A stretch of DNA of 64,000 nt from Isosphaeraceae bacterium (GCA_965201075.1 CBDAVP010000010.1:124001-188000), one strand, 5' to 3'. Shown: positions 10,227 through 20,240, numbered from the stretch's first letter. Notes: generated by a model not told the origin, from the sequence alone. Numbers and translations are program-made.

Positions 10227-11608
10227 GCACGGTTGACGGTGGACTGCGATTAACGTTCGACGGTGGGACGATCCTGGTCGAGGGATTGCCCCAGGGCGAC
10301 CCCCAGGGAATGCCCGGGGTGCGCAACGACCCGAGGTCGGGACTCTTTCGCGCCGAGGGGATCTGGTACAGGGCCATCGTCGAGCACCTGCACCAGAAAG
10401 TTCCCTACGTTGACGAGGCCCGGGGGTATCAGAAGACGCCCTGGACGATGCGGGTCGCTCGCGAGGCGTTCCCTCACCAGGTCGAGGGGCTGGAGGCGTG
10501 GTGGAAGGCCGGCGGCCGCGGCGTGGTCGTCCTGCCGACCGGCACGGGCAAGACCCACCTGGCCAACCTCGCCATCCAGAAGGCCGGGCGGCCGACTTTG
10601 GTCGTCACGCCCACCATCGACCTGATGAATCAGTGGTACGACGAGTTGACCTTGGCCTTTAGCACCGATGTCGGCGTCATTGGCGGAGGAAGCTACACTC
10701 TGGAAGATCTGACGGTGACAACGTATGACTCGGCTCGGATGCAAATGGACCGTCTGGGCAACCGGTTCGGTCTGATCGTCTACGACGAGTGCCACCACCT
10801 GCCCGGCGTGACCACCGCCGACGCCGCCACCTGCGCCATTGCTCCGTTTCGCCTGGGCCTGACCGCCACTCCCGAACGCGCCGATAACGGCCACGAGAAG
10901 CTGGACCACCTGATCGGGCCGATCGTCTACCGTCGCGAGATCACCCAGCTTCGCGGGCAATACCTGGCCGAGTACCGGGTCGAAACCCTGTTCGTGAACC
11001 TTTCGGAAGAGGAGCGGCTCCGTTACGAATCGTGCCGGGAACAATATCGGACGTTCGTCTCAGACCACGGCATCGACTTCCGCCGCCCTGGAGCCTGGGG
11101 CCAGTTCCTCTTCGCCGCTCACCGCTCGCCCGAGGGCCGGCAGGCGTACCTCGCTTATCGAGAGCAGCGAGCCCTGGCCCTGGCGGCGCCGGCGAAGCTG
11201 ACGTTGCTGGCCCGTCTGCTTGATCGTCACAACGGCGACCGCGTGCTGATCTTCACTCATGACAACGCCACGGTCTACAAGATCGCCCGGCAGTTCCTTG
11301 TCCCGGTCATCACTCACCAGACCAAGACCAAGGAGCGCCACGACGTCCTGACCAAGTTCAACGCGGGAGACTACCCCATCGTGGCGACCTCTCGGGTCTT
11401 GAACGAGGGAGTCAACGTCCCCGAGGCCAACGTCGCGGTGGTTCTCTCGGGCTCGGGCAGCGTCCGCGAGCACGTCCAGCGCCTTGGCCGCATCCTCCGC
11501 AAGTCCGGCAGCAAGGAGGCCACGTTGTACGAGGTCATCACCAAGGGGACGACCGAGGAATTCACTTCCAACCGCCGTCGGCAGCACAGCGCCTACTCCG
11601 GCGACTGA
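10223..11608 (+). CDS. XPB/Rad25-like superfamily 2 DNA helicase
   Basis: LPTGTGKT, TTYDS, DECHH, LGLTATPERAD (RED-like), NEGVNVP, QRLGRILR; short N-terminal damage-recognition-like region. Confidence 0.9.
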   Translation: MSTVDGGLRLTFDGGTILVEGLPQGDPQGMPGVRNDPRSGLFRAEGIWYRAIVEHLHQKVPYVDEARGYQKTPWTMRVAREAFPHQVEGLEAWWKAGGRGVVVLPTGTGKTHLANLAIQKAGRPTLVVTPTIDLMNQWYDELTLAFSTDVGVIGGGSYTLEDLTVTTYDSARMQMDRLGNRFGLIVYDECHHLPGVTTADAATCAIAPFRLGLTATPERADNGHEKLDHLIGPIVYRREITQLRGQYLAEYRVETLFVNLSEEERLRYESCREQYRTFVSDHGIDFRRPGAWGQFLFAAHRSPEGRQAYLAYREQRALALAAPAKLTLLARLLDRHNGDRVLIFTHDNATVYKIARQFLVPVITHQTKTKERHDVLTKFNAGDYPIVATSRVLNEGVNVPEANVAVVLSGSGSVREHVQRLGRILRKSGSKEATLYEVITKGTTEEFTSNRRRQHSAYSGD

Positions 11609-11631
11609 TTGACCCGAAGGGAAAGAAACTC

Positions 11632-12387
11632 ATGGCCACGGACGCGAAACGTCTCGCCCCCGACACCGCCTTCTACCGAGAGAGTGACGGGAAGCCGATG
11701 GGAGAAACGCCGGTCCATCGCGACAATTTGATTCTCCTGATCCACATGCTCCAGGATCGTTACATCAATGATCCAATGGTCTACGTTTCCGGCAACATGT
11801 TCCTGTATTACGAGCGTGGCAACCCTCGCAAAAGCCTCGTCCCCGACGTCTTCCTCGTGCATGGCGTCGACAAGTATCGAGTGCGAGGGGTCTACAAGAC
11901 GTGGGAAGAGGAAGGGCACGGGCCCGACCTGGTTATTGAATTGACCTCGCCCTCCACCCGGAGGGAAGACATCCACCACAAATTTGTCCTTTACCAATCG
12001 ACCTTGCGGGTCCGCGAGTATTTTCTATTCGACCCCTTGGACGAATATCTCAAGCCACCGCTGCAAGGGTTCCGTCTGGTGGACGAGGTGTACGAGCCGA
12101 TTGTCCCCGTCGCCGGACGCCTGCCCAGTGAAGTGGTCGGCCTCCACTTCGAGAGGGACGGCGAGGATCTTCGGTTGCATGACCCTGAGACGGGTCGATG
12201 GATACCCACCCGCGAGGAGGTCCTCCGGAGTGCCCAGGCCGATCGCGACCGGGTAGTGGCCGATCGCGACCAGGTAGTGGCCGACCGCGACCGCGTCTCG
12301 ACCGAGTTGCACCGGGCCGAGGCGGAAATCGAGGCCCTGCGGCGCGAGTTGGACGCCCTTCGACTGCGAGACCCCGGAAATTCCTGA
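11632..12387 (+). CDS. Uma2/DUF820 family endonuclease with C-terminal coiled coil
   Basis: ESDGKPMGET, LVPDVF, PDLVIELTSPST, EYFLFDP; heptad-repeat tail. Confidence 0.88.
   Translation: MATDAKRLAPDTAFYRESDGKPMGETPVHRDNLILLIHMLQDRYINDPMVYVSGNMFLYYERGNPRKSLVPDVFLVHGVDKYRVRGVYKTWEEEGHGPDLVIELTSPSTRREDIHHKFVLYQSTLRVREYFLFDPLDEYLKPPLQGFRLVDEVYEPIVPVAGRLPSEVVGLHFERDGEDLRLHDPETGRWIPTREEVLRSAQADRDRVVADRDQVVADRDRVSTELHRAEAEIEALRRELDALRLRDPGNS
12238..12300 (+). repeat. Three in-frame 21-bp tandem repeats (ADRDRVV heptads)
   Basis: gccgatcgcgaccgggtagtg / gccgatcgcgaccaggtagtg / gccgaccgcgaccgcgtctcg. Confidence 0.85.
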
Positions 12388-12419
12388 CCCCGCCGAACCA
12401 CGGCCGAGGAGGTCCGACG

Positions 12420-13661
12420 ATGCTGGGCGGGAACCTTGTTCGAGTGCGTAGCGCCAAGGGGCGAATCATCCCCCTGTACCTGGATCGCCTGTCGCGGGAA
12501 TGGTTGGAGGTGGCCGAGACCCTGCTGCTGATCTTCCGGTCGGCGACCGGCGGCACTCGGGGGGAGATTCAGGCGGAGATCGAGGAGGTCATCGGCGGCG
12601 AGGCGGCCACCCTGGTCCACCGGGGGCTGGCCAAGATCCTGGAAGACCGTGCCGAGTTCGAGGTCGTCGCCGAGGTCTCGCCCGAAATCCTGAGAGAAAA
12701 GGTCTTCCGGGGCGCCGCCGAGCAGCGACGGGCGGCCAAGGCGGCTGGTCAGCGAGTTCCCTTCCAACGCGACGCTGTGCTGGAAGCCGTGGCGGAGGAA
12801 CTGGGCATCGCCCCCCAGGCGGTCGCCGGTTCCCTCTTCGCGGACCTCAAGGACGAGAACCGCCTGCTGGCCTTCGACGACCTGACCGCCCAGCGCCTCC
12901 TGGACCGCTACAACGTGGCCCTGGCCCAGGCGGTGCTCTTGCGGTCAGCCCTGGTGACGGCCGAAGTTCGCCGCGAGAAGCCAGCGCGCTACCGGCAACT
13001 GTTCCGCCACCTGAAGTTCCACCGCCTGCTCTACCGGGTCGAGGGGAGTATGCGCCATGGCTACACCCTGCACATCGACGGCCCACTCAGTCTGTTCAGT
13101 GCGACCAACAAGTACGGCCTCCAGATGGCGCTATTCCTGCCGGCCCTGCTGCTCTGCGAAGACTTCCGCCTCGACGCCGAACTGCGCTGGGGTCCCCGCC
13201 GGGAGCCGCGGACCTTCCATCTGGAATCGTCCGCCGGGCTGGTCTCTCACTACGCCGACACTGGCACCTACACTCCCCCCGAGGTCACCGCCTTCGTCGA
13301 CCGCTTCCGCCAGGTCGCCCCATCCTGGGAGGTCACCGAGGCGACGGAGGTCGTCGAACTCGGTCGAGAAGGGGCGTGGGTCCCCGACTACCGCTTCGTC
13401 CACCGAGCCACCGGCCTGGACGTCCTGGTGGAAGTCCTCGGCTTCTGGAAAAGGTCCAGCCTGGACCGCCTCCTCAAGCTCCTGCCAGCCCACGGCCCGC
13501 CCCGCTACCTCCTGGCGATTTCCGACCGTCTGAAAGTGGACGAAGGAACCCTGGAATCGCTAATCGGACCGGTCCTCCGCTTCAAGGAAATCCCCAACGC
13601 CAACGACCTGGCCGCGCTCCTGAACGGATTCCTCCCCGGACACGCTAACCTGCTGGGCTGA
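12420..13661 (+). CDS. DUF790 family (Bax1-like) endonuclease
   Basis: LLDRYNVALAQAVL, IDGPLSLFSATNKYGLQMALFLPAL, VPDYRF...VEVLGFW; located downstream of the XPB-like helicase. Confidence 0.87.
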   Translation: MLGGNLVRVRSAKGRIIPLYLDRLSREWLEVAETLLLIFRSATGGTRGEIQAEIEEVIGGEAATLVHRGLAKILEDRAEFEVVAEVSPEILREKVFRGAAEQRRAAKAAGQRVPFQRDAVLEAVAEELGIAPQAVAGSLFADLKDENRLLAFDDLTAQRLLDRYNVALAQAVLLRSALVTAEVRREKPARYRQLFRHLKFHRLLYRVEGSMRHGYTLHIDGPLSLFSATNKYGLQMALFLPALLLCEDFRLDAELRWGPRREPRTFHLESSAGLVSHYADTGTYTPPEVTAFVDRFRQVAPSWEVTEATEVVELGREGAWVPDYRFVHRATGLDVLVEVLGFWKRSSLDRLLKLLPAHGPPRYLLAISDRLKVDEGTLESLIGPVLRFKEIPNANDLAALLNGFLPGHANLLG

Positions 13662-13788
13662 ATTCACGACGGCCCACCGGGAAATCCCAAGCCTCCCCCG
13701 AAGTCCCGTTGCCCCACCCTGGCCAGAGTCGTAAACTGACCCTTCCGGTCGAGAGTCGGCCAAAGAATTGGCGAGGCACCTCGCAATC

Positions 13789-13863
<75 letters not shown>

Positions 13864-13866
13864 GAG

Positions 13867-13900
13867 ACGAAAACCCCGGGAAATCTCGGGGTTTTTTCGT
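13867..13900 (+). terminator. Rho-independent terminator after tRNA-Val
   Basis: aaaaccccggg-aaat-ctcggggtttttt hairpin followed by a T-run. Confidence 0.8.
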
Positions 13901-13997
13901 GCCCCTGGCACGCCGCACGGGGATGGTCTTACGGTTGTCGTCACTGGTTAGATAACAGTGCGTTGCGCTGTTACGACCCCGTGAAAGGGCGACAAAC

Positions 13998-15270
13998 ATG
14001 CACCACAAGTCCTCCGTATCCTACGACAATCGGGCCGGCTGCTGGTCGACCCAGGCCCTGGGCGAACTCCGCGAGACCCGGGCCGGGCGCCCTTACCGGT
14101 CCAAGACGCTGTGGCGGGACCTGACGCACACCGTCCGCGACGAGCTGGCGGCGCAGGCCCGGCTGCACGCCTAGCTCGAGGCGGCTCGCTCCCGTGCGGC
14201 GAGCCTGGCCGACCCGACGTTCACGCAGCTGGCCGAGTATTCCCTCCAGGAGGCCGAGGGGCGGCTGGGGCCCGAGGCCTTCGATCGGGCCGTCGAGCAC
14301 CTGGACCGCTTCCGTGCTGGCCGGGCCCGGCCAACCCCCAGAGGATGGGGCCCCGCCTGGCCCCTTCGATCGGCCGCGGCGACGCCGAGCGCTATCGCGA
14401 CGACCTCCTGAGGGCCGTCGCCGGCCTAGGTCGCCGGCGGCGTGCTCAAGAGCCTCAAGGCGTGCTTCCGCTGGGGGGCGGCCGTCGAGCCGGGCAAATA
14501 CTCGGGCTTGCCCCTGCCGGCCAACCCGATGGCCAAGCTGAAGGGCCCGACGGTCCCGCTCCGGGCCCCCGGGGAGGTCGAGCCGCTGAAGGTTTCCCGG
14601 TTCCTCCGTTGAGCCTCGAGGCGGGCCCTGGGCATGGGGGACGGGCCCAACGGACGGCACGCCCGATCGGCCGTGGTGCTCCTGATGACCTTGCGGGACA
14701 CCGGGGCCCGGCCCAAGGACCTTTGCGTCGCGAAGTGGGAGGACTGGAAGCTCCTGGCCGACGGGTGGGGCCTGATCCGGCTGCCGGCCTGGCAGTGGAA
14801 GAACGGCGCCAAGACGGGGAAGCAGCGCCTGATGGCCGTCCCGCCGCACTGCGCCCGGCGGATCGAGGCCATGCGGGCCCTGGAGGGCCGGCACGCCACG
14901 CGGGTCTTCTGCCACCGCCGCGGCCGCGGGTCGGCGGCGGCCGGGGAGGGCTCGGCCTGGGCGGGGGAGCCGTGGGTGCGGATCGACCACGCTCGGGGGC
15001 GCAAGGGGGACACAGGCCTTGCAGAAGTGGTTCAATCGCCTGCGGGCCGCCGGGGCCGAGGCCGGCTACCCCCTGCCCGGGGGGTTCCGGCGCTACTTCA
15101 ACCGGTCCTACTTCACGACCGAGGCCCGGCGTCGTGGGGTCAACGACGTGGCCCTGGCCAAGGCGCTGAGGACCAGCGTGCGGATGCTGGACTGGCACTC
15201 CACCGACCAGGACGAGGCGGACGTCCTCGGGTTGGCCAAGGCGGCGCGGGGGCCCCGACCGGGTCGGTGA
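13998..15270 (+). pseudogene. Tyrosine recombinase/integrase pseudogene
   Basis: ATG 13998, in-frame TAG 14172-14174, several frameshifts. Fragments: ADPTFTQLAEY (core-binding-like), LRDTGARPKDL (box I Arg), WKNGAKTGK, YFNRSYFTTEARRRGV...LAKALRTS (box II-like). Confidence 0.8.
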
Positions 15271-15278
15271 GCCCCGGG

Positions 15279-16718
15279 TCAGGCCCCGGCCGGCCTTGCC
15301 AGCAATTCGGGGACGACCCGGGCCCCGGTGACCGCCGCGTCGGTCAGCGTCTCGGGGCGGCCGGCGTGCGGGTAGCTCAGGCGCTCGTGGTCGAGGCCGA
15401 GCTGACGCAGGACCGTGGCGTGCAGGTCGAGCACCCCGACTCGGCCCTCGACCGCCCGGTAGCCGACCTCGTCGGTGGCCCCGTGGACGTGCCCGGCCTT
15501 GAAGCCGCCCCCGGCGACGATCGCGCTGAAGGCGTTGCGATTGTGGTCGCGACCGGAGCCGTTCTGCGAGACCGGCAGCCGGCCGAACTCGCCGCTCCAG
15601 ATGACGACCGTGTCGTCCAGCAGCCCGCGCGACTTCAGGTCCTTGATCAGCGCCGCCGAGGGTTCGTCGCACGCGGCGCAGATCTGCTCGTTCTCGGACT
15701 TGGTGTTGGTGTGGGCGTCCCAGGGCTGGAACTGGGGCTTGACCGGCGGGAACACCTGGACGAACCGCACGCCCGACTCGACCAGCCGCCGGGCCATCAG
15801 GCAGCGCAGGCCGTACCCGGCCGTGGCCGGGTTGTCCAGCCCGTACAGCTTCCGCGTCGCGTCCGACTCCCTCGACAGGTCGAGCAGATCGGCGGCGGCC
15901 AGCTGCATCCGGGCGGCCAGCTCGAAGTTGCGGATGCGGGCCTCGAGGTCGCCGTCGTGGGGGTATTGCTCGCGGTGCGACTCGTTGAGCCTCGCCAGCA
16001 GGTCGAGGTCGTCGGCGCGGGCCTCGGGCGACACCGGCCTCGAGGGCTTGAGGTTGAGGACCGGCGTGCCTCGGGTGCTCACCTCGGTGCCGCGGTGCGA
16101 GGCGGGCATCCAACCGCTCTGCCACAGCAGCGTCCCGCTGGTGTTGTAGCCCTCGGGGTCGCGCAGGACGATGTACGAGGGGAGGTTCCGGTTCTCGGTC
16201 CCCAGCGCATAGCTGACCCACGAGCCCAGGGCCGGCCGCCCGGGGAAGATCTTCCCCGTGTTCAGCATCACCAGCCCCTCGGTGTGGTTGTTGTGCTCGG
16301 TGTGCATCGAGCGCACGAGGCACAGGTCGTCGGCCACCGAGCCGAGGTGCGGGATCACCTCCGAGAGTTCCATCCCGCAGGCGCCCCGCGGGGCGAACTT
16401 GAACGGGCAGCCCAGCAGCTTGTTCGACTCGCTGCCCTTCTGGAACGTCTCGACCTTGACCTCGTGGACCTTGCCGTCGAGCCTCGACAGCTCGGGCTTG
16501 GGGTCGAAGAGGTCCATCTGACTCGGCCCACCGTTCTGCACCAGCATGATGACCGAGCGGGCCCGGGGCGCGAAATGCGGGGCACCGGAAGGGTTCGGGC
16601 CGTCGCCCCCGGGTGCCGCCGACGCCCCCTGCGTGTGGAGCAGGTGCGACAGCGCGACGGCCCCAAAGCCCAGGGCGCCGGAGCGGAGCAGCTCTCGGCG
16701 GCCGATCTCGTGCGTCAT
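15279..16718 (-). CDS. DUF1501 domain protein
   Basis: Tat-like IGRRELLR leader, GGPSQMDLFDPKP, GRPALGSWVSYALG, WDAH, WSGEFGRLP, GRDHN, DLHATVL. Confidence 0.9.
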   Translation of the reverse strand: MTHEIGRRELLRSGALGFGAVALSHLLHTQGASAAPGGDGPNPSGAPHFAPRARSVIMLVQNGGPSQMDLFDPKPELSRLDGKVHEVKVETFQKGSESNKLLGCPFKFAPRGACGMELSEVIPHLGSVADDLCLVRSMHTEHNNHTEGLVMLNTGKIFPGRPALGSWVSYALGTENRNLPSYIVLRDPEGYNTSGTLLWQSGWMPASHRGTEVSTRGTPVLNLKPSRPVSPEARADDLDLLARLNESHREQYPHDGDLEARIRNFELAARMQLAAADLLDLSRESDATRKLYGLDNPATAGYGLRCLMARRLVESGVRFVQVFPPVKPQFQPWDAHTNTKSENEQICAACDEPSAALIKDLKSRGLLDDTVVIWSGEFGRLPVSQNGSGRDHNRNAFSAIVAGGGFKAGHVHGATDEVGYRAVEGRVGVLDLHATVLRQLGLDHERLSYPHAGRPETLTDAAVTGARVVPELLARPAGA

Positions 16719-16734
16719 GGCGGCCCTCGGACGG

Positions 16735-19380
16735 TCAGGGGATGTAGAGGAACTCGCTGCTGCTGAGCAGAACGTGGCAGAGCCCCACCAGGGCCGAGCG
16801 TCTTGCCTCATCGGCGACCGCCCCGGACGCGGCCGACCGCGCCTCGTGCCTCCCCAATAACTCGGAGCACCAGGCACGTTCCTCGTCCCGCGGCGGTCGG
16901 GCCAGCGCGACCCGGAAGGCCATGTCGATCGCCGAGTCCCGGCCGCCCGGCCCGGCCCCGGCCAGCACCCGGGCGGCGAAGGCGTCGGCCTGCTCGGCGA
17001 AGAATGCGTCGTTGAGCATCGTCAGCGCCTGCGTCACCACCGCCGACGACTGCCTGGCCGTGCAGTTGGTGGCGACGACCGGCTGGTCGAAGACACCCAG
17101 GATCGTCGGGTGGTAGTTGCGGCGGGCCAGCAGGTACAGGCTCCGCCGCCACCTGGCTGTCGCAGTCGGCAGGGTGTCCTCCCGGACCGCCACCGAGCCG
17201 TCGGGCCGGGCGATCGTCCAGATCGGCGGCCCGCCGAGGGTCCGGTCGAGCCGCCCGGCGACGACCAGGGTCGAGTCTCGCACCGCCTCCGACTCCAGCC
17301 GCCTCAGCCGCATCCGCCACAGGTAGTCGTCGGCGGGGTCGGCCGCCTCGGGTTCGGCCCCGCCCGCCCCGATCCCGACGGACGAGGAGGCCTGGCGGTA
17401 GGTGGCCGAGGTCATCAGGAGCCGGAGCATCGGCTTGAGCCGCCATCCCCCGGAAACGAACCGCGAGGCGAGCCATTCGAGCAGCTCGGGGTGGGTCGGC
17501 GGCGTCCCCTGGGTGCCGAAGTTGTCGCCCGTCGCGACAATTCCCTTGCCGAAGGCGTGCTGCCAGATGCGGTTGACCCGCACCCGCGCGACCAACGCCC
17601 CAGCCGGGGTCGCGGCGTCGGTCAGCCGGTGTGCCAGGGCCAGCCGCCGGCCGCTCGTGCCCGGGTAGGGGGGAGGTCCGTCGAGGGGCGCGGCCGCGGG
17701 CGACGCGGACAGGATGGTGGGCATCCCCGGCCCGACCTCCTCGCCGGGCGTCGAGGGGTCACCCCGCTTCAGCAGCCGCGTCGGCGTGGGGGGCCCGACG
17801 TCGTAGAGCGCCTGCAGCGTGCCGGGCGGGGCCTCCCTGGTCGAGGCGACGGCGAGGGCCTCGCGTTCCAACGCCTCGACCGCCTTACGCCCCTCGTCGC
17901 CCAGCGCCGCGGCGACCTCCTCGGGCGTCACCTTCACGGCCGCCCCGTATGCCGCTACCAGCTGCTTCTGGGCGTCGTCGCGCTTGTCCTCGGCTGTGCC
18001 GAGCGCCACTTTCAGGGGTTCACGCGACCCTTCGGGCACGGTCGAGTCCAGTTTCCCGGCGAGCAGGCGGTCCTCGTGGGGCTTTCGCAGGGCGGCCTGC
18101 TCGCATCGCAGTTCGCCTACGCGGCGGTCGACCTCGGCGTTGTGCCGGTCGATCGCGGCCCTTTGGGCGGGGGGGACGTCGTCGATCCCGCGGTCCTTCG
18201 GGGCGAGCCAGCGGTCGGGATTCAGCGCCGGTTGGAACGCCGAGGCGAGGGCGAAGTAGTCGCGCTGCGAGATCGGGTCGAACTTATGGTCGTGGCACCT
18301 GGCGCAGTTGACCGTCAGGGCCAGCAGGTTGCCGGAGACCGTCTCCAGGGTACGCTGGAGGACCGCGTGGCGGGTCGGCGGGAGGTTCAGCTCTACCTCG
18401 TCGGTGTCGTCGGCGGCAACCCGGAGGAACCCCGTGGCGGTCAGCAGGTCGCGGGCCTCGGGCGTGAACGTCGCCGCCGAGCGCCAGTCGACCAGTTCGT
18501 CGCCGGCCATCTGCTCGACCAGGAACGCGTCGAAAGGCTCGTCGGCGCCGATCGCCCGGACGGCCCAGTCGCGATAGCGCCACTTGCCCTCGCCGAACTT
18601 GACGGTCCCCGCGTCGTTGTCGCCGCCGACGACATCGACGAACCCAGCGGCGTCGAGCCAGTGCCGCCCCCAGCGTTCGCCGAACGCGGGCGAGGCCAGC
18701 AGGCGGTCCAGCAGTTTCTCGTAGGCGTCGGGCGAGTCGTCGGCCAGGAAGGCCTCGACCTCTTCGGTCCCCGGCGGCAGGCCCGCCAGGTCGTAGTTCA
18801 GGCGGCGGATCAGGGTGACCTTGTCGGCCTCGGGTGACGGGCCGAGGCCGCGTGCCCGCAGCTTCTCGAGGACGAAGGCGTCGATTGGGTTGCGGGCCCA
18901 TCGCGAAGGGGTGTCGACCGTCGGCACCGGGGGGCTCGACGCGGGCCGGAAGGCCCAATGGTCGGCACCGGGCCTCTCGACCTTGCCGGCGTCCGCGCCG
19001 TCGGGCCAGGGGGCGCCCTGGTCGATCCAGGCCCGCAGGACGCCCACCTGCTCGGCCGAGAGCCGGTCCCCCTTCGGAGGCATCGGGGTCTCGCCGCCGG
19101 CGCCCGACACGTGGAGGACCAGGGGGCTTGCGCCGCCCCGGCCTGGGAGGACCTGCGGCTCGTCGCCGTCCCCGAGGGCCACCGCCCTCACGTCGAGGCG
19201 ATAACCGCCCTTCTGCGTCTGCTGTCCGTGGCAGGAATAGCACGACGCCTCGAAGATCGGCCGGACGTCCCGGACGAAGTCGATCGGCCGGCCGGCGTGG
19301 GGCGAGTCCGCCGGGGGGGCGGTCTCGTCGCCCGGGGTCGCCGTCACCAGGAGCACCGCCGCCGCGAAGGCGTGGATCAT
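16735..19380 (-). CDS. Planctomycete cytochrome c / DUF1549 / DUF1553 (PSCyt-PSD1) protein
   Basis: Two CxxCH motifs (CYSCH, CARCH), HWAF, NPIDAFVL, FGERWGRHWLD, PTHPELLEWLA, LMTSATYRQ; start uncertain (19380, 19419 or 19452). Confidence 0.9.
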   Translation of the reverse strand: MIHAFAAAVLLVTATPGDETAPPADSPHAGRPIDFVRDVRPIFEASCYSCHGQQTQKGGYRLDVRAVALGDGDEPQVLPGRGGASPLVLHVSGAGGETPMPPKGDRLSAEQVGVLRAWIDQGAPWPDGADAGKVERPGADHWAFRPASSPPVPTVDTPSRWARNPIDAFVLEKLRARGLGPSPEADKVTLIRRLNYDLAGLPPGTEEVEAFLADDSPDAYEKLLDRLLASPAFGERWGRHWLDAAGFVDVVGGDNDAGTVKFGEGKWRYRDWAVRAIGADEPFDAFLVEQMAGDELVDWRSAATFTPEARDLLTATGFLRVAADDTDEVELNLPPTRHAVLQRTLETVSGNLLALTVNCARCHDHKFDPISQRDYFALASAFQPALNPDRWLAPKDRGIDDVPPAQRAAIDRHNAEVDRRVGELRCEQAALRKPHEDRLLAGKLDSTVPEGSREPLKVALGTAEDKRDDAQKQLVAAYGAAVKVTPEEVAAALGDEGRKAVEALEREALAVASTREAPPGTLQALYDVGPPTPTRLLKRGDPSTPGEEVGPGMPTILSASPAAAPLDGPPPYPGTSGRRLALAHRLTDAATPAGALVARVRVNRIWQHAFGKGIVATGDNFGTQGTPPTHPELLEWLASRFVSGGWRLKPMLRLLMTSATYRQASSSVGIGAGGAEPEAADPADDYLWRMRLRRLESEAVRDSTLVVAGRLDRTLGGPPIWTIARPDGSVAVREDTLPTATARWRRSLYLLARRNYHPTILGVFDQPVVATNCTARQSSAVVTQALTMLNDAFFAEQADAFAARVLAGAGPGGRDSAIDMAFRVALARPPRDEERAWCSELLGRHEARSAASGAVADEARRSALVGLCHVLLSSSEFLYIP

Positions 19381-19786
19381 GTCGGAGGCCAGCCCGTGCC
19401 AGCGAAACGCCGGTAGCATCGGCGCCAGTATAGGTACGGCCCGGCCGGGCAATCAACCACGTTCGCGGCGTCGGGCCGGACCCGAGGCGGTGACGGGATC
19501 GACCGGCGGGTGTCGCGGCCGGGGCGGTCGGAGCCTCGACGCAGGATCGCATGCACCTGCCGGCCCGCGGCCTCCTCCGGGGCTGGCGGTGCCGAGACGG
19601 GACGTCCTTCCAGCGGCGACCGATCGCTTCGAGGAGGTCGGACCGGGCCTGGGGAGGCGCGGGCGCCGGGGCCCGCCGACGGGTGAGGGGGATGGCTCGC
19701 CATGGTCTTTGCCTCCTCGGCGTCGCGGCCCGTGCGGGGCGTTGGGTTGGATTCGGGGTGTGAAGGTTGGACTTTCCCACGAATGG

Positions 19787-20240
19787 TGAGCGCTCCGAAA
19801 TGAGCGTAAGCTCGACGTGAGGAGGTCAGCGTTGGCGAAGCAACGCAGGAATGACACCCGCGAGGTCAAGGTCGAGGCGGTCCGCCGGATCGCCGCCGAG
19901 GGCAGGAGCCTGGCCAAGGTCGCCCGCGACTGGGCCTCGGCAAGAGCTTGCTGAGGAGCTGGAAGACGGCCCTGGTCTCCGAGGGCGAGCAGGCCTTCCC
20001 CGGCAAGGGCAACACCCCGACCGTCGAAGGGGGAACTTCGCCGACTCCGGGCTGAGAACCAGAGGCTCCGCATGGAACGCGAGATTTTCAAAAAAAGGCG
20101 ACGGCCTACTTCGCGAAGGAGTCCTCAAGAGGTATCGCTTCATCGAGGACCATCGCTGGAGCTGGCCGGTCCGCCGGATGTGCCAGGTACTTGAGGTCAC
20201 GCCCGGCGGCTGCTACGGCTGGCGTGGGCGGCCGGCGCGG
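19787..20240 (+). mobile_element. IS3-family insertion sequence remnant (broken orfA plus start of orfB)
   Basis: orfA-like KVEAVRRIAAEGRSLAKVARD and ELRRLRAENQRLRMEREIFKK; A7G slippery site at 20090-20097; orfB-like KATAYFAK and RYRFIEDHRWSWPVRRMCQVLEV, then truncated. Boundaries approximate. Confidence 0.82.

Noticed and set aside
14634..16766. 710-aa plus-strand ORF
   Set aside because: Only the first ~120 aa are integrase remnant; the rest is antisense to DUF1501
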